64,000 nucleotides of DNA, from the NCBI GenBank assembly GCA_011523565.1, contig WTGL01000159.1, positions 2,101 through 66,100 on the forward strand, in the 5' to 3' direction. This DNA is from Acidobacteriota bacterium (GTDB taxonomy: Bacteria; Acidobacteriota; Thermoanaerobaculia; Multivoradales; Multivoraceae). The notes beneath the pieces were generated by a model. It was not told the DNA's origin. It searched no databases and saw only the letters and a list, made by a program, of their open reading frames with translations. Shown piece after piece: positions 1 through 9,606 of the stretch (positions are counted from its first letter, which is position 1; each line of letters begins with the position of its first letter). Both the position numbers and the translations under genes were made by a program.

Positions 1-479
1 GGGGCCAGGACATGGACCACGAGACGACGCCCTTCCAGTGCAACCTGGCCTACCAGGTGCCACGCAGGAAGAGGGGTGACTACATTGGCCGGAAGGCGCT
101 CGAGTGGATTCGTGACGAGATCGCTGCAGGTCGACCCCCGTTCTCCATGGTCCTGGTCGGCATGTCGCTGGGCGGACTGCCGATCGACGACTACGCGCCG
201 GACTTCTGGCTCGTGTCGGACGTGAGCGGCGGTGAGCCGATCGGCTACCTGACCTCGCCCTGGCATGCGCCGGAACTGGGCTGCAACATCGCCCTGGGCT
301 ACGTGCCGGTCAACAAGTCGGCGGTGGGGACCCGGTTGCAGGTCCACCTGCCCGACGAGTACGCCACCGTACCGGGCCGACCCGACGAGGCGCGCGTCTG
401 CGAGGTGCCCTTCCGGCCGTCCGCCCATCCGAGTGCGCGGGAGCTGGCGCACGCGCGCGGCGAGGACGCGATCGACTAG
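1..479 (+). CDS. aminomethyltransferase (GcvT/DmdA) family protein, C-terminal fragment; gene continues upstream of the window
   Basis: The translated ORF is open to the window edge. Its C-terminal beta-barrel region resembles the glycine-cleavage T protein family. Confidence 0.55.
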   Translation, partial: GQDMDHETTPFQCNLAYQVPRRKRGDYIGRKALEWIRDEIAAGRPPFSMVLVGMSLGGLPIDDYAPDFWLVSDVSGGEPIGYLTSPWHAPELGCNIALGYVPVNKSAVGTRLQVHLPDEYATVPGRPDEARVCEVPFRPSAHPSARELAHARGEDAID

Positions 480-485
480 GACTGC

Positions 486-1604
486 CTAGCCGCCGAAGGA
501 GAAGCGCGCGTACGCCTGCTCGGCGGTGCTGAACCAGCGGAAGGAGGAGCGCCGGACCTCGTCCCACGACTCGAAGATCTTCCGGTAGCCGGCATCCGCG
601 GCCGCGTTCTCGTTCATCAGTTCGAATGCGGCGGACCGGGCGGCTTCCAGGATCTCCTCGGAGAACGGGCGCAGCGCGACGCCGTCGTCGACCAGGCGCA
701 TGAGCGCCCCCGGGTTCACGGCGTCGTAACGGGAGATCATGTCGATGTTCGCTTCGGCCGTGGCGGACTGGACGATGGACTGGTACTCGGCCGGGAGGGA
801 GTCCCATGCGGTCCGGTTGACGTACACGGAGAGCGTCGGACCCGGTTCCCACCAGCCGGGGTAGTAGTAGTTCTTCGCCACTCGCTGGAAGCCGAGCTTC
901 TCGTCGTCGTAAGGGCCGACCCACTCCGCGGCGTCCACCACGCCGCGCTCCAGGGCGGGGTAGATCTCGCCGCCCGGAATGGTCTGCACCGTGACGCCGA
1001 GGCGGCTGAGGACTTCCGCGCCGAGCCCGGGGATGCGCATCTTCAGTCCGCGCAGTTCGTCCAACGTGTTGACCTCGCGCCGGAACCAGCCGCCCATCTG
1101 GCCGCCCGTGTTGCCGGCCGGGAAGTTCACGATGTCGAAGTCCGCGAACACCTCGCGCATCAGTTCCAGGCCGCCGCCATGGTAGAGCCAGGCGTTCTGC
1201 TGCCGCGTGTTCAGGCCGAAGGGCATGGCGGTGTCGAAGGCCACGGCCGGGTTCTTGCCCGTGTAGTAGTAGCTCGCGGTATGGCCGAGTTCGACCGTGC
1301 CCTGCTGGACGGCGTCGAGCACGCCAAGGCCGGGAACCAGTTCGCCGGCGGGGTAGGCGCGGATCCGGAACCGGCCCTCGGACAGGGTCTCGACCCGCTC
1401 CGCGAACACTTCCGCGCCGCCGAAGATCGTGTCGAGGCCTCGCGGGAAGCTCGAGGCCAGGCGCCAGTTGAGGCGCGGTTTGGTGACCACCGCGGGTCCA
1501 CCCTCCGGCCCGGCAGCCGGTCCGCCGCATGCGGCGACGGCGCCGGCTCCGGCGGTAGCGAGGGCGGCCTTGCCGAGGAAGTCCCTACGTCTCAGTTTGG
1601 CCAT
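486..1604 (-). CDS. TRAP transporter substrate-binding protein (DctP family), Tat-type signal peptide
   Basis: The N-terminus MAKLRRRDFLGKAALATAGAGA carries a twin-arginine signal. Overall DctP-like SBP fold. No dctQM genes adjacent. Confidence 0.8.
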   Translation of the reverse strand: MAKLRRRDFLGKAALATAGAGAVAACGGPAAGPEGGPAVVTKPRLNWRLASSFPRGLDTIFGGAEVFAERVETLSEGRFRIRAYPAGELVPGLGVLDAVQQGTVELGHTASYYYTGKNPAVAFDTAMPFGLNTRQQNAWLYHGGGLELMREVFADFDIVNFPAGNTGGQMGGWFRREVNTLDELRGLKMRIPGLGAEVLSRLGVTVQTIPGGEIYPALERGVVDAAEWVGPYDDEKLGFQRVAKNYYYPGWWEPGPTLSVYVNRTAWDSLPAEYQSIVQSATAEANIDMISRYDAVNPGALMRLVDDGVALRPFSEEILEAARSAAFELMNENAAADAGYRKIFESWDEVRRSSFRWFSTAEQAYARFSFGG

Positions 1605-1643
1605 GCGCGCTCCCGTCCTTGTCGAATCTGGTGGTGGGTCAGT

Positions 1644-2585
1644 CTAGTCGCTCAGCCAGCGCTCGGCGTCGATCGCGGCCTGACAGCCCGTACCCGCCGC
1701 CGTGACCGCCTGCCGGTAGATCGGGTCCATCACGTCGCCGCACGCGAACACTCCCTCGATGTCCGTCGCGGTGCCGGGATGACGGACCGCCAGGTAGCCG
1801 ACGTCGTCCATCGCCAGTTGGCCCTTGAACAGCTCCGTGTTCGGGTTGTGGCCGATGGCCATGAAGACGCCCTGACAGGAGAAGTCGGATTCGTCGCCGG
1901 AGCGGGGATCGCGCAGGCGGACGCCGTGAACGCCCTCGGCCTGGGTGCCGTAGATCTCCTCCACGGTGGCGTGGTAGCGCCACTCGATCTTCTCGTTGGC
2001 GAAGGCGCGCTCCTGCATGATCACCGACGCCCGCAGTTCGCCGCGACGGTGAACGATCGTCACCTTGCTGGCGAACTTGGTCAGGAACGTGGCCTCTTCC
2101 ATCGCCGTGTCGCCACCGCCCACCACGACGAGTTCCTTGTCGCGGAAGAAGAAGCCGTCGCACGTTGCGCAGGCCGAGACGCCGTAGCCCATCAGCTCCG
2201 CCTCGGAGGGGAGGCCCAGTTGGCGGGCCGAGGCGCCAGTGGCGATGATCAGGGCATCGGTGCGGTACTCGCCGCCGTCCGTCTCGAGCCGGAAGGGCCG
2301 CGCGTCCAGGTCCACACGCGTACCGGTTTCGAAACGGGTGTCGGCGCCGAAACGCTGGGCCTGGGCCCGCATCTGGTCGATCAGCTCGGGTCCCAGGATG
2401 CCCTTCGGGAAACCGGGGTAGTTCTCGACGTCGGTGGTGATCGTCAACTGGCCTCCGGGCTGGCTGCCCTCGAGGACCAGGGGGGCGAGGTCGGCGCGGG
2501 CGGCGTAGAGCGCCGCCGTAAGGCCGGCCGGCCCCGAGCCGAGGATCGCGAGCCGATGGTGGTTGCCGGGCGAGGCAGTCGTCAT
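1644..2585 (-). CDS. trxB: thioredoxin-disulfide reductase
   Basis: GSGPAG FAD-binding motif and CATCDG redox-active disulfide. Start taken at the internal ATG (MTTASPGNHHRLAILGSGPAG), giving 313 aa. Confidence 0.9.
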   Translation of the reverse strand: MTTASPGNHHRLAILGSGPAGLTAALYAARADLAPLVLEGSQPGGQLTITTDVENYPGFPKGILGPELIDQMRAQAQRFGADTRFETGTRVDLDARPFRLETDGGEYRTDALIIATGASARQLGLPSEAELMGYGVSACATCDGFFFRDKELVVVGGGDTAMEEATFLTKFASKVTIVHRRGELRASVIMQERAFANEKIEWRYHATVEEIYGTQAEGVHGVRLRDPRSGDESDFSCQGVFMAIGHNPNTELFKGQLAMDDVGYLAVRHPGTATDIEGVFACGDVMDPIYRQAVTAAGTGCQAAIDAERWLSD

Positions 2586-3349
2586 GGGCGGCGGAGAGTA
2601 GCAGCGCCGCGCCAGGGGCGCCGGCGCATCCTCCTTCCGAGCCAGGCGGTCGGGCCCGAGAGCGCGTAGCTCAAGGCGACGACCAGGAAGAACAGGCCGA
2701 TGTGGATCAGGGCGAGGATCGCGATGGCGGCGATCACCACGACGACCCGGAAGCCTCGCCGACGCCGGAAGTCGAGCTCCCTGAAGCTGAGGTAGCGGAA
2801 CGTGGAGACGGAGAGCAGGCCGACGACGATCAGGGCTCCGAGAACCGCGAGTTGCAGAACGAAGGAGTCGCCCCTGGTGTCGACGAAGAACAGAATCGAA
2901 CCGATCGCGCCCGCCGCCGCCGGCGCCGGCAGACCGACGAAGTACGCGGGATCGCTGGTCCGTCGGCTGACGTTGAAGCGGGCGAGCCGGGCCGCGCTGC
3001 AGAGCAGGTAGACGGCCGGCGCCGCGAAGCCGACGCGGCCAAGTTCGTGCAGGCCCCACAGGTAGCAGAGCAGGGCGGGCGCGAGGCCGAAGGAAACGAG
3101 GTCGGCGAGGGAATCGTACTCCCGGCCGAAGGGGCTCGCGGTACGGGTCAGCCGGGCGATCCGTCCGTCCAGCGTGTCGAGAACGGCGGCGGCGAAGATC
3201 ATCAGGATGGCGGTCCGGAACTGCCCCTCCAGCCCGGCCAGGAGGGCGTAGAAGCCGAGCAGCATGTTCGCCGTCGTGAACAGGCTGGGGATGAGGTAGG
3301 CCCCGGCACGCAGGGGTCTGGCTCTCCTTCGGGGACGCTTCCTGGTCAT
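2582..3349 (-). CDS. pssA: CDP-diacylglycerol--serine O-phosphatidyltransferase (CDP-alcohol phosphatidyltransferase family)
   Basis: DG..AR...G...D...D motif present (DTLDGRIARLTRTASPFGREYDSLAD). Multi-TM protein. 4-nt overlap with trxB. Confidence 0.85.
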   Translation of the reverse strand: MTRKRPRRRARPLRAGAYLIPSLFTTANMLLGFYALLAGLEGQFRTAILMIFAAAVLDTLDGRIARLTRTASPFGREYDSLADLVSFGLAPALLCYLWGLHELGRVGFAAPAVYLLCSAARLARFNVSRRTSDPAYFVGLPAPAAAGAIGSILFFVDTRGDSFVLQLAVLGALIVVGLLSVSTFRYLSFRELDFRRRRGFRVVVVIAAIAILALIHIGLFFLVVALSYALSGPTAWLGRRMRRRPWRGAATLRRP

Positions 3350-4044
3350 CGCACGTCGGCAGAACGGGCCGGCGGCCTCTTCACCGGGAAGTCGCCGGGC
3401 GGCGGTGTCGACGGATCGGTAGGCATGGCGAGCGGTGTCTCGCCGGAGACCACCCGTTGTCCCTTCTCGACCAGCGGGTCGTAGGACATCGGTACGAACA
3501 CATCCACCCTGGAACCGAACTTGATCAGACCCAGGGGCTCGCCCTGGCTCACGCGTTGACCCGCCTGTAGCCGCGAAACGACCCGCCGCGCGACCAGGCC
3601 GGCAATCTGCCGCACGGCGATCAGATCGCCATCGGTTCGCCGGAGCAGGGTCAGGTGGTTCTCGTTCAGGTCGCCCGCCTCCTTGCGGTACGCCGGCAGT
3701 TTCCTACCCGGCGTGGAGATGCTGCCGATCACCACGCCCTCGACCGGCGTTTTCTGAGTGTGCACGTTGAACACCGACAGGAAGATCGAGATGCGGCGCC
3801 AGGTCTGGTCTCCGAGAGCGCTGTCCGTGATGACCTCGACCGCCGTGACCGTGCCCTCGGCGGGCGCGAGAACGACATCCGGTGGTCCGTCGTACTCCCG
3901 CGTCGGATCGCGGAAGAAGAGAAGCACGAGCAGGCCGAGCACGGTCATCGAAACCGCGGCCACGAGAATCCCGACCAGCCAGAAGATGCCGGCCGCGACC
4001 AGGAACGGCAGGACGAACGGCCAGGCTTCCCGCGCGAACTTCAT
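3346..4044 (-). CDS. psd: phosphatidylserine decarboxylase proenzyme (short type)
   Basis: PSD family with the GS self-cleavage site (KFGSR). 4-nt overlap with pssA, giving a psd-pssA-trxB operon. Confidence 0.85.
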   Translation of the reverse strand: MKFAREAWPFVLPFLVAAGIFWLVGILVAAVSMTVLGLLVLLFFRDPTREYDGPPDVVLAPAEGTVTAVEVITDSALGDQTWRRISIFLSVFNVHTQKTPVEGVVIGSISTPGRKLPAYRKEAGDLNENHLTLLRRTDGDLIAVRQIAGLVARRVVSRLQAGQRVSQGEPLGLIKFGSRVDVFVPMSYDPLVEKGQRVVSGETPLAMPTDPSTPPPGDFPVKRPPARSADVR

Positions 4045-4104
4045 CGATTCAACTCCGACCCGACCTTCGGCGCGATCGGTCGGAGGGGACGCAGCCCTGC
4101 CGGA

Positions 4105-4332
4105 CTACTTGGCGGCTTGAAGAGTGTAGGACCGGATGATCGACTCCATGCGGTCCTTGAGGGCGAGTTTGTGGAGCTTGATGCGCTTGGCCTCGGAGTG
4201 GTCGATCGGTGACAGGACCGGTCGGCCGACGAGCTCCTCGAGCTGGCTCTCACATGCCTGGTGCTCGTCGTAGAGCTTGCGGAATTCGCCCTCCTGCGCC
4301 AGTAGTTCTTCCTTGACTGCGTCATCGCTCAT
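4105..4332 (-). CDS. DUF465 (YdcH-like) family small protein
   Basis: 75-aa coiled-coil protein resembling the YdcH family. Confidence 0.55.
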   Translation of the reverse strand: MSDDAVKEELLAQEGEFRKLYDEHQACESQLEELVGRPVLSPIDHSEAKRIKLHKLALKDRMESIIRSYTLQAAK

Positions 4333-4465
4333 TCGGTACGCGCCTCCCTTCCTCCGTTGTTCCCGGGTGTGGCGAATCTTGACGACAGCCTAGCAGTAGA
4401 GTCGCGGCGTCCGCGCCGCGCTGACGCACAGGAACTACGGTTCCATGCAAGCTTGGAGCCTTCGA

Positions 4466-5164
4466 TCAGGTCGAGCGGCAGTCCCCGCGACCCGGTCTCG
4501 GACTGCCGGGCAGGCGGGTGGACGGGGACGTCGCCGGTGGGCGGATGTAGAGCGGTTCGGTCAGCGCTTCGCCATCCCACGAGAAGGCGCCGTCCGCCAT
4601 GAGACAAAGGAGGGTCGGAGCGAGTTCGGCCGCTTCGACCGCGCCGGCCGGTGCGGGAATGCGGGAGACCCCGTGGCCGACGAGCGGCAGACGGCCGTGC
4701 GAGAGGTCGTCGCGCGCCGTCGTTTCCGGCGGACCGGCGGCTCGGACGCGCCCGTCTTTCCCAAGTTGCATCGGTTGCGTGTACCAGCGTCCACGAAGCG
4801 CGTCGATGACGGCCAGCACTTCGGTGACGCCGTCGCCCTTCCGTTCGAAGTAGTGGGAGGCGAGAATCTCGAAGGTGGAAGGTGCCCCGGCCCTGATTCC
4901 GGAGGCCTGATGAAGCCCGAGCGCGGTCGCCAGCCCCACGCGCAGGCCGGTGAAGCTGCCCGGCCCGCTCGCGGCGCCGATGCCTGCCAGATCCCCCGGC
5001 CCCATGCCGGCGCGGCCCAGCAGTTCGTCGATCATCGCGATCAGTTCCCGCGACGAACGGCCCTGGGGCGCGGAGAGCACGCCACACCGGTCCGGGCTGC
5101 CGACCGCTACGCTGACGATGGCAGAACCGGTGTCTAGCGCGAGAAAGGGCCCCATTCCGCTCAA
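4466..5164 (-). CDS. tsaB: tRNA threonylcarbamoyladenosine biosynthesis protein TsaB
   Basis: LALDTGS and GPGSFTGLRVG motifs of the YeaZ/TsaB family. Confidence 0.8.
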   Translation of the reverse strand: MSGMGPFLALDTGSAIVSVAVGSPDRCGVLSAPQGRSSRELIAMIDELLGRAGMGPGDLAGIGAASGPGSFTGLRVGLATALGLHQASGIRAGAPSTFEILASHYFERKGDGVTEVLAVIDALRGRWYTQPMQLGKDGRVRAAGPPETTARDDLSHGRLPLVGHGVSRIPAPAGAVEAAELAPTLLCLMADGAFSWDGEALTEPLYIRPPATSPSTRLPGSPRPGRGDCRST

Positions 5165-5268
5165 TATACTGGCGGCTGCCCGTGGTTAGACCGAGCACCG
5201 CCGAAGTCGCGGAGGATTCGCGGGCGCCTGCCAGCGGATCGAGCGGGTCCGCCCGGAAGCTCTCGGCG

Positions 5269-7947
5269 ATGACGCCGATGCTCCGGCACTACCTGACGGT
5301 GAAGGCGGAGCATCCCGACGCCATCCTTCTGTACCGGATGGGCGATTTCTTCGAGATGTTCTTCGAGGACGCCGTTACCGCGGCGCCGGTGCTCGATGTG
5401 GCGCTGACGGCCCGCCAGAAGGGCACGGCCAGCGAAGCGCCGATGTGCGGCGTGCCCCACCACGCGGTCGACGCCTACATCGGCAGGCTGCTCGACGCGG
5501 GCTTCAAGGTCGCGGTGTGCGACCAGGTCGAGGATCCGGCACAGGCCCGGGGCCTTGTACGCCGGGAGGTCACGCGGGTGGTGACGCCGGGGACGATCAG
5601 CGACCTCGAAATGCTGGACCAGGCCCGTCCGAACTACCTGGCCGGGATTCGTTTCGACGGGGCGTCCGGCGCAGGGGCGTTTCTCGATCTCTCGACCGGC
5701 GAGTTCTTCGTGCGGCGGTGGCCGAACGTGGAGGAGGCGGTCGAGGATCTGGAGAGGCTGGCGCCGCGGGAAGTTCTCACCTGCGCCGCCGATCTCGCGG
5801 CCGGCGCGGGTGACCCCGACGGACATCTGGCGGCCTGGATCGGCCGCGCCGGCACACCGCACACCGAAATCGAGGAGGACCAGGCTCCGAGACCGGCCGC
5901 GGCGGGGCGCGTCCTGCGGCGGCAGTTCGGAGTCCGGAACCTGCGGGGATTCGGTCTTGCCGAGGGGGAGGCGGCGGTCGCGGCGGCCGCCCTGGTGGTG
6001 GACTACGCGCGTGGCGCGGCGCGCTCCGACATCGACCACGTCGTTGCGCTGGAGGTCCAGCACGATGATCGCCGCGTGGTTCTGGACGAGACGACCCTTC
6101 GCAACCTGGAGGTCTTTCGCCATCTCCAGCACGAGGGGGGCAAGACCCTGATGGAGGTACTCGACCTGACGCTCACCGGACCGGGGACGCGCATGCTGCG
6201 ACGCTGGTTGAGCCGGCCCCTGCGTGACCTGGAGGTGCTCGGCGACCGCCACGACGGGGTGGCGGTGCTGGTCTCCGAGATCGGCCGGCGCGAGACGCTC
6301 CGGTCGCGGTTGATGAGCATTGCCGATCTGGAGCGGTTGACCTCGCGGGCGGTACTGGGACGGATCACGCCGCGGGAGGTCGGGGCGCTGCGGGACACCC
6401 TGCGCGAGGCGCCGTCCGTGCAGGGGGTTCTCGAGGGCCTGCGGGGGGAGCTTCTTGCCCGTCTCGCCGCGGTGGAGCCGCTGGGCGGGCTCCGGTCGAG
6501 GTTGGACTCCGTGCTGGCGGAAAGGCCCGGATCCCTGACCGAAGGCGGCGTGATCGCCGCTGGCGTCGACTCCGAACTCGACCGGCTCCGTTCGCTGGCG
6601 CGGGACGGCAAGGGGCACGTTGCCGCCCTTGAGGCGCGGGAGCGCGAAGCGACCGGTATCCCGACCCTGAAGGTCGGTTACAACCGGGTGTTCGGGTACT
6701 ACTTCGAGGTGCGGAAGACACAGCAGGACCGGGTTCCCGACCACTACGTGCGGCGGCAGACGTTGACCCATGCCGAGCGCTATGTCACCGACGAACTGAA
6801 GACGCTGGAACAGCAGATTCTCGGCGCCGAGAGCGGTCAGCTCGCGCTGGAACAGGAGTTGTTCGAGGGGCTGCGCCTGGAAATTGCGGACCAGGCCCCG
6901 CGGCTCCTGGAACTTGCCGCCGCGCTGGCGGAAATCGATTGCCTGGCCGCTCTGGCGGAGGTTGCCGCCCGGTACGACTACGTGCGACCGAGCATGATGC
7001 CGTCGGGAGGCCGTATCGAGATCCGCGATGGGCGGCACCCGGTGGTCGAGCGGTCGGCGGCGGCGGTGCGAGGCGCCTCGGGCTTCGTTCCCAACGACGT
7101 GGCGCTGGACCGCGAGACCGATCGGATCGTCCTGCTCACGGGTCCCAACATGGGCGGCAAGTCGACCTATCTGCGGCAGGTGGCGCTGATCGTGCTGATG
7201 GCTCATGCCGGCAGCTTCGTGCCCGCTCAGAGTGCCGAGATCGGCCTGGTGGACCGCATCTTCACCCGCGTCGGCGCCAGCGACGACCTGGCCCGGGGCG
7301 AGTCCACCTTCATGGTGGAGATGGTCGAGACCGCGAACATCCTCCGCCACGCGACGCGCGACAGCCTGGTCGTGCTCGACGAGGTCGGCCGCGGTACCTC
7401 GACGTACGACGGCCTGTCGCTGGCCTGGGCGATCGTCGAACGCCTGCACGAGCGGAACGGCTGTCTGGCTCTCTTCGCGACCCACTACCACGAACTGACC
7501 GGTCTGCCCGCGACGCTTTCCCGGGTGGCGAATCGACGCATGGCGGTCAAGGAGTGGCAGGACCAGATCCTGTTCCTGCACCGGGTGGCCGCGGGCCGCG
7601 CGGACAAGTCCTACGGCCTGCACGTCGCCCGGCTGGCCGGAGTGCCCAGGGAGGTGATCGAACGCGCGGCCGCGGTGCTCGAGAACATCGAGTCCCAGCA
7701 GTACAGCTTCTCAGGCAAGCCGAAGGTCGCCCTGGGGGCTGCCGGCGGACCGCCGGGCCCGGGAGCCGATCAGCTTTCCCTGTGGGCCGGCGAGGACGAG
7801 GCGGTGGTCGAAGCGCTTCGAGGCGTCGACGTGGACCAGTTGACGCCTGTAGCCGCGCTGAATCTGGTGCAGACCCTCCAGGACCGGCTCAGGTCGGGGC
7901 CGAAGCCGCCGGAGACCTCGGGGTCCGGCCGGGGCGAGAACTCCTAG
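5269..7947 (+). CDS. mutS: DNA mismatch repair protein MutS
   Basis: N-terminal MTPMLRHYLTVKAEHPDAILLYRMGDFFEMF and Walker A GPNMGGKST. Start set at the ATG at 5269 rather than the upstream ORF start. Confidence 0.95.
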   Translation: MTPMLRHYLTVKAEHPDAILLYRMGDFFEMFFEDAVTAAPVLDVALTARQKGTASEAPMCGVPHHAVDAYIGRLLDAGFKVAVCDQVEDPAQARGLVRREVTRVVTPGTISDLEMLDQARPNYLAGIRFDGASGAGAFLDLSTGEFFVRRWPNVEEAVEDLERLAPREVLTCAADLAAGAGDPDGHLAAWIGRAGTPHTEIEEDQAPRPAAAGRVLRRQFGVRNLRGFGLAEGEAAVAAAALVVDYARGAARSDIDHVVALEVQHDDRRVVLDETTLRNLEVFRHLQHEGGKTLMEVLDLTLTGPGTRMLRRWLSRPLRDLEVLGDRHDGVAVLVSEIGRRETLRSRLMSIADLERLTSRAVLGRITPREVGALRDTLREAPSVQGVLEGLRGELLARLAAVEPLGGLRSRLDSVLAERPGSLTEGGVIAAGVDSELDRLRSLARDGKGHVAALEAREREATGIPTLKVGYNRVFGYYFEVRKTQQDRVPDHYVRRQTLTHAERYVTDELKTLEQQILGAESGQLALEQELFEGLRLEIADQAPRLLELAAALAEIDCLAALAEVAARYDYVRPSMMPSGGRIEIRDGRHPVVERSAAAVRGASGFVPNDVALDRETDRIVLLTGPNMGGKSTYLRQVALIVLMAHAGSFVPAQSAEIGLVDRIFTRVGASDDLARGESTFMVEMVETANILRHATRDSLVVLDEVGRGTSTYDGLSLAWAIVERLHERNGCLALFATHYHELTGLPATLSRVANRRMAVKEWQDQILFLHRVAAGRADKSYGLHVARLAGVPREVIERAAAVLENIESQQYSFSGKPKVALGAAGGPPGPGADQLSLWAGEDEAVVEALRGVDVDQLTPVAALNLVQTLQDRLRSGPKPPETSGSGRGENS

Positions 7948-7951
7948 CGCC

Positions 7952-8045
7952 GCCAAACCTGTCGCAGGCTCCATGTTTGGCCCCAGCCCCCACCTACCTA
8001 GGAGCGTGCGCCGTGGACCTTGCTGCACGGCGTTCTACGGCGCAC
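7952..8045. terminator. bidirectional terminator hairpins between convergent mutS and ssb
   Basis: Inverted repeat GCCAAAC/GTTTGGC at 7952-7981 and a 9-bp inverted repeat GTGCGCCGT/ACGGCGCAC at 8006-8045. Confidence 0.4.
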
Positions 8046-8049
8046 CCTC

Positions 8050-8490
8050 CTAGAATGGAATGTCGTCGTCGGCGCCGCCGGGGTCGAAGCCCGCGTCGTG
8101 GGGAGCGGGCTGGGCCGGCGCTGCCTGACTGCGGCCGTGGCCGGGCTGGCCGCCGCTGTCGCCGCGGCCGCCGAGCATCTGGAAGTTGCGGCACACGATC
8201 TCGGTGCGGTAGCGCTTCTGGCCGGTCTGCTGATCGTCCCAGGAACGGGTCTGGAGCCGGCCCTCGACCGAGACCAGCTTGCCCCTGGTCAGGTACTGGC
8301 CGGCGACCTCGGCCTGGCGGCCCCAGCAGACGATGTAGTGCCACTCCGTCTCCTCCTGCCGGTTGCCGTCGCGGTCCGTCCAGCGCCGGTTCGTGGCGAC
8401 GCTGAAGTTGGCGACCGTCTGGCCGGATTGGGTCGTGCGGAGTTCCGGGTCGCGGCCGAGATGGCCGATCAGGATCACATGGTTCAGCAT
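8050..8490 (-). CDS. ssb: single-stranded DNA-binding protein
   Basis: OB fold ([14 protein letters not shown]) and acidic C-terminal tail DDDIPF. Start at the internal ATG, 146 aa. Confidence 0.9.
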   Translation of the reverse strand: MLNHVILIGHLGRDPELRTTQSGQTVANFSVATNRRWTDRDGNRQEETEWHYIVCWGRQAEVAGQYLTRGKLVSVEGRLQTRSWDDQQTGQKRYRTEIVCRNFQMLGGRGDSGGQPGHGRSQAAPAQPAPHDAGFDPGGADDDIPF

Positions 8491-8692
8491 TTTCGGGTGA
8501 GTCGTCCTTTCTGATGGATTGGTAGGAGCTTCGGTTTCGTCACGGCGGGGAGCGAAGGGCGGCGCGAGCGGCATCACGCCCCTCGCCTTCTTGTACGGAA
8601 CTCGGGCCGGGGATGTCGCCCGGGCGCCGCGCCGGTTGATCGTAGCGGCTGGAGCGGCGCTTCGGGTGGGGCGCCGGCGTTATCGTTTGGCC

Positions 8693-9139
8693 GTGCGCCT
8701 GGTCGTGCAGCGGGTGAGTTCGGCGTCGGTCACGGTCGACGGCCGGACCGTGGGTCGAATCGATGGTGGTCTAGTCGTCCTGGCGGGAGTGGAAGCCGGC
8801 GACGGCGAGGATCAGGTGGCGGCTGCGGCCTCCAGGTTGAGCCGCCTCCGGCTGTTCGACGACGAGCGGGGAAGGATGAACCTGGACATCCGTCAGGCGG
8901 GAGGTTCGGTCCTGCTCGTGTCGCAGTTCACCCTCGCCGCCTCGACGCGGAAGGGAAGACGGCCGTCCTTTGACCGGGCGGCGCGTCCGGAGGTGGCCGA
9001 GCCGTTGCTGGCCGGCCTGCGCAGGCGGCTGGAAGAGGCGGGGCTGACCGTCGAAGAGGGCCGCTTCGGAGCCCGCATGCGCGTGGAACTCGCCAACGAC
9101 GGGCCGGTGACCTTCGTGCTGGAGTTCAGAGGTTCTTGA
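8693..9139 (+). CDS. dtd: D-aminoacyl-tRNA deacylase
   Basis: RLVVQRV, SQFTL and GPVT motifs. GTG start chosen at 8693, 148 aa. Confidence 0.85.
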   Translation: MRLVVQRVSSASVTVDGRTVGRIDGGLVVLAGVEAGDGEDQVAAAASRLSRLRLFDDERGRMNLDIRQAGGSVLLVSQFTLAASTRKGRRPSFDRAARPEVAEPLLAGLRRRLEEAGLTVEEGRFGARMRVELANDGPVTFVLEFRGS

Positions 9140-9392
9140 GTTCCTTGCCGGGCTTGAAGCGCACGGTCTTGCCGGGCGCGATCGTCACTTCGACTCCCGT
9201 CTTGGGATTGCGTCCCACGCCGCACTTGCGATTGCGGACCTGGAAGACACCGAAGCCGCGGAGTTCGATTCGCTTGCCGTCGCCGAGGGCGTCCTTCATG
9301 GCGCCCAGGATCGTGTCGACCGCCCGCGCGGCCTTGACGCGGGGAAGATCCGAGTTCTCAGCGACCCGGTTCACGATGTCCGCCTTGATCAT
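9126..9392 (-). CDS. IHF/HU family DNA-binding protein
   Basis: 88 aa with RGFG.F and GRNPKTG signature. Confidence 0.8.
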   Translation of the reverse strand: MIKADIVNRVAENSDLPRVKAARAVDTILGAMKDALGDGKRIELRGFGVFQVRNRKCGVGRNPKTGVEVTIAPGKTVRFKPGKELKNL

Positions 9393-9606
9393 GGGAGCGC
9401 CTCCTCAGAACTGTCGGCCACGTTCCGGCGCAGGTGCCGGACGGTGCCGGACGATCGGCCGTGAACCGGACATTCTAGCCTGCCGGGACCCCTTCCGTAA
9501 AGAGTCCGGGCAGCCTCGTGCGAACGCCGGGTGGATCGTCGGGGCTGCTAACCTTGCCGCCCGCATGGACCCCGCAGGACACTTTCCGGCGCGCGGAGCG
9601 CGAGGT

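Noticed and set aside
5161-7623. 820-aa minus-strand ORF antisense to mutS; similar long antisense ORFs at 310-1530, 1179-2669, 13273-15225, 15720-17129, 23158-25113, 25104-27194, 36668-39895 and 49886-51616
   Set aside because: These are typical stop-codon-poor antisense frames of a ~70% GC genome. Each overlaps a confidently recognised gene on the opposite strand and has Arg/Pro/Gly-rich low-complexity translation with no recognisable domain.
8491-8692. SOS/LexA operator upstream of ssb
   Set aside because: I could not find a convincing palindromic LexA box of any major type (CTGT-N8-ACAG, GAAC-N4-GTTC, GTTC-N7-GTTC).
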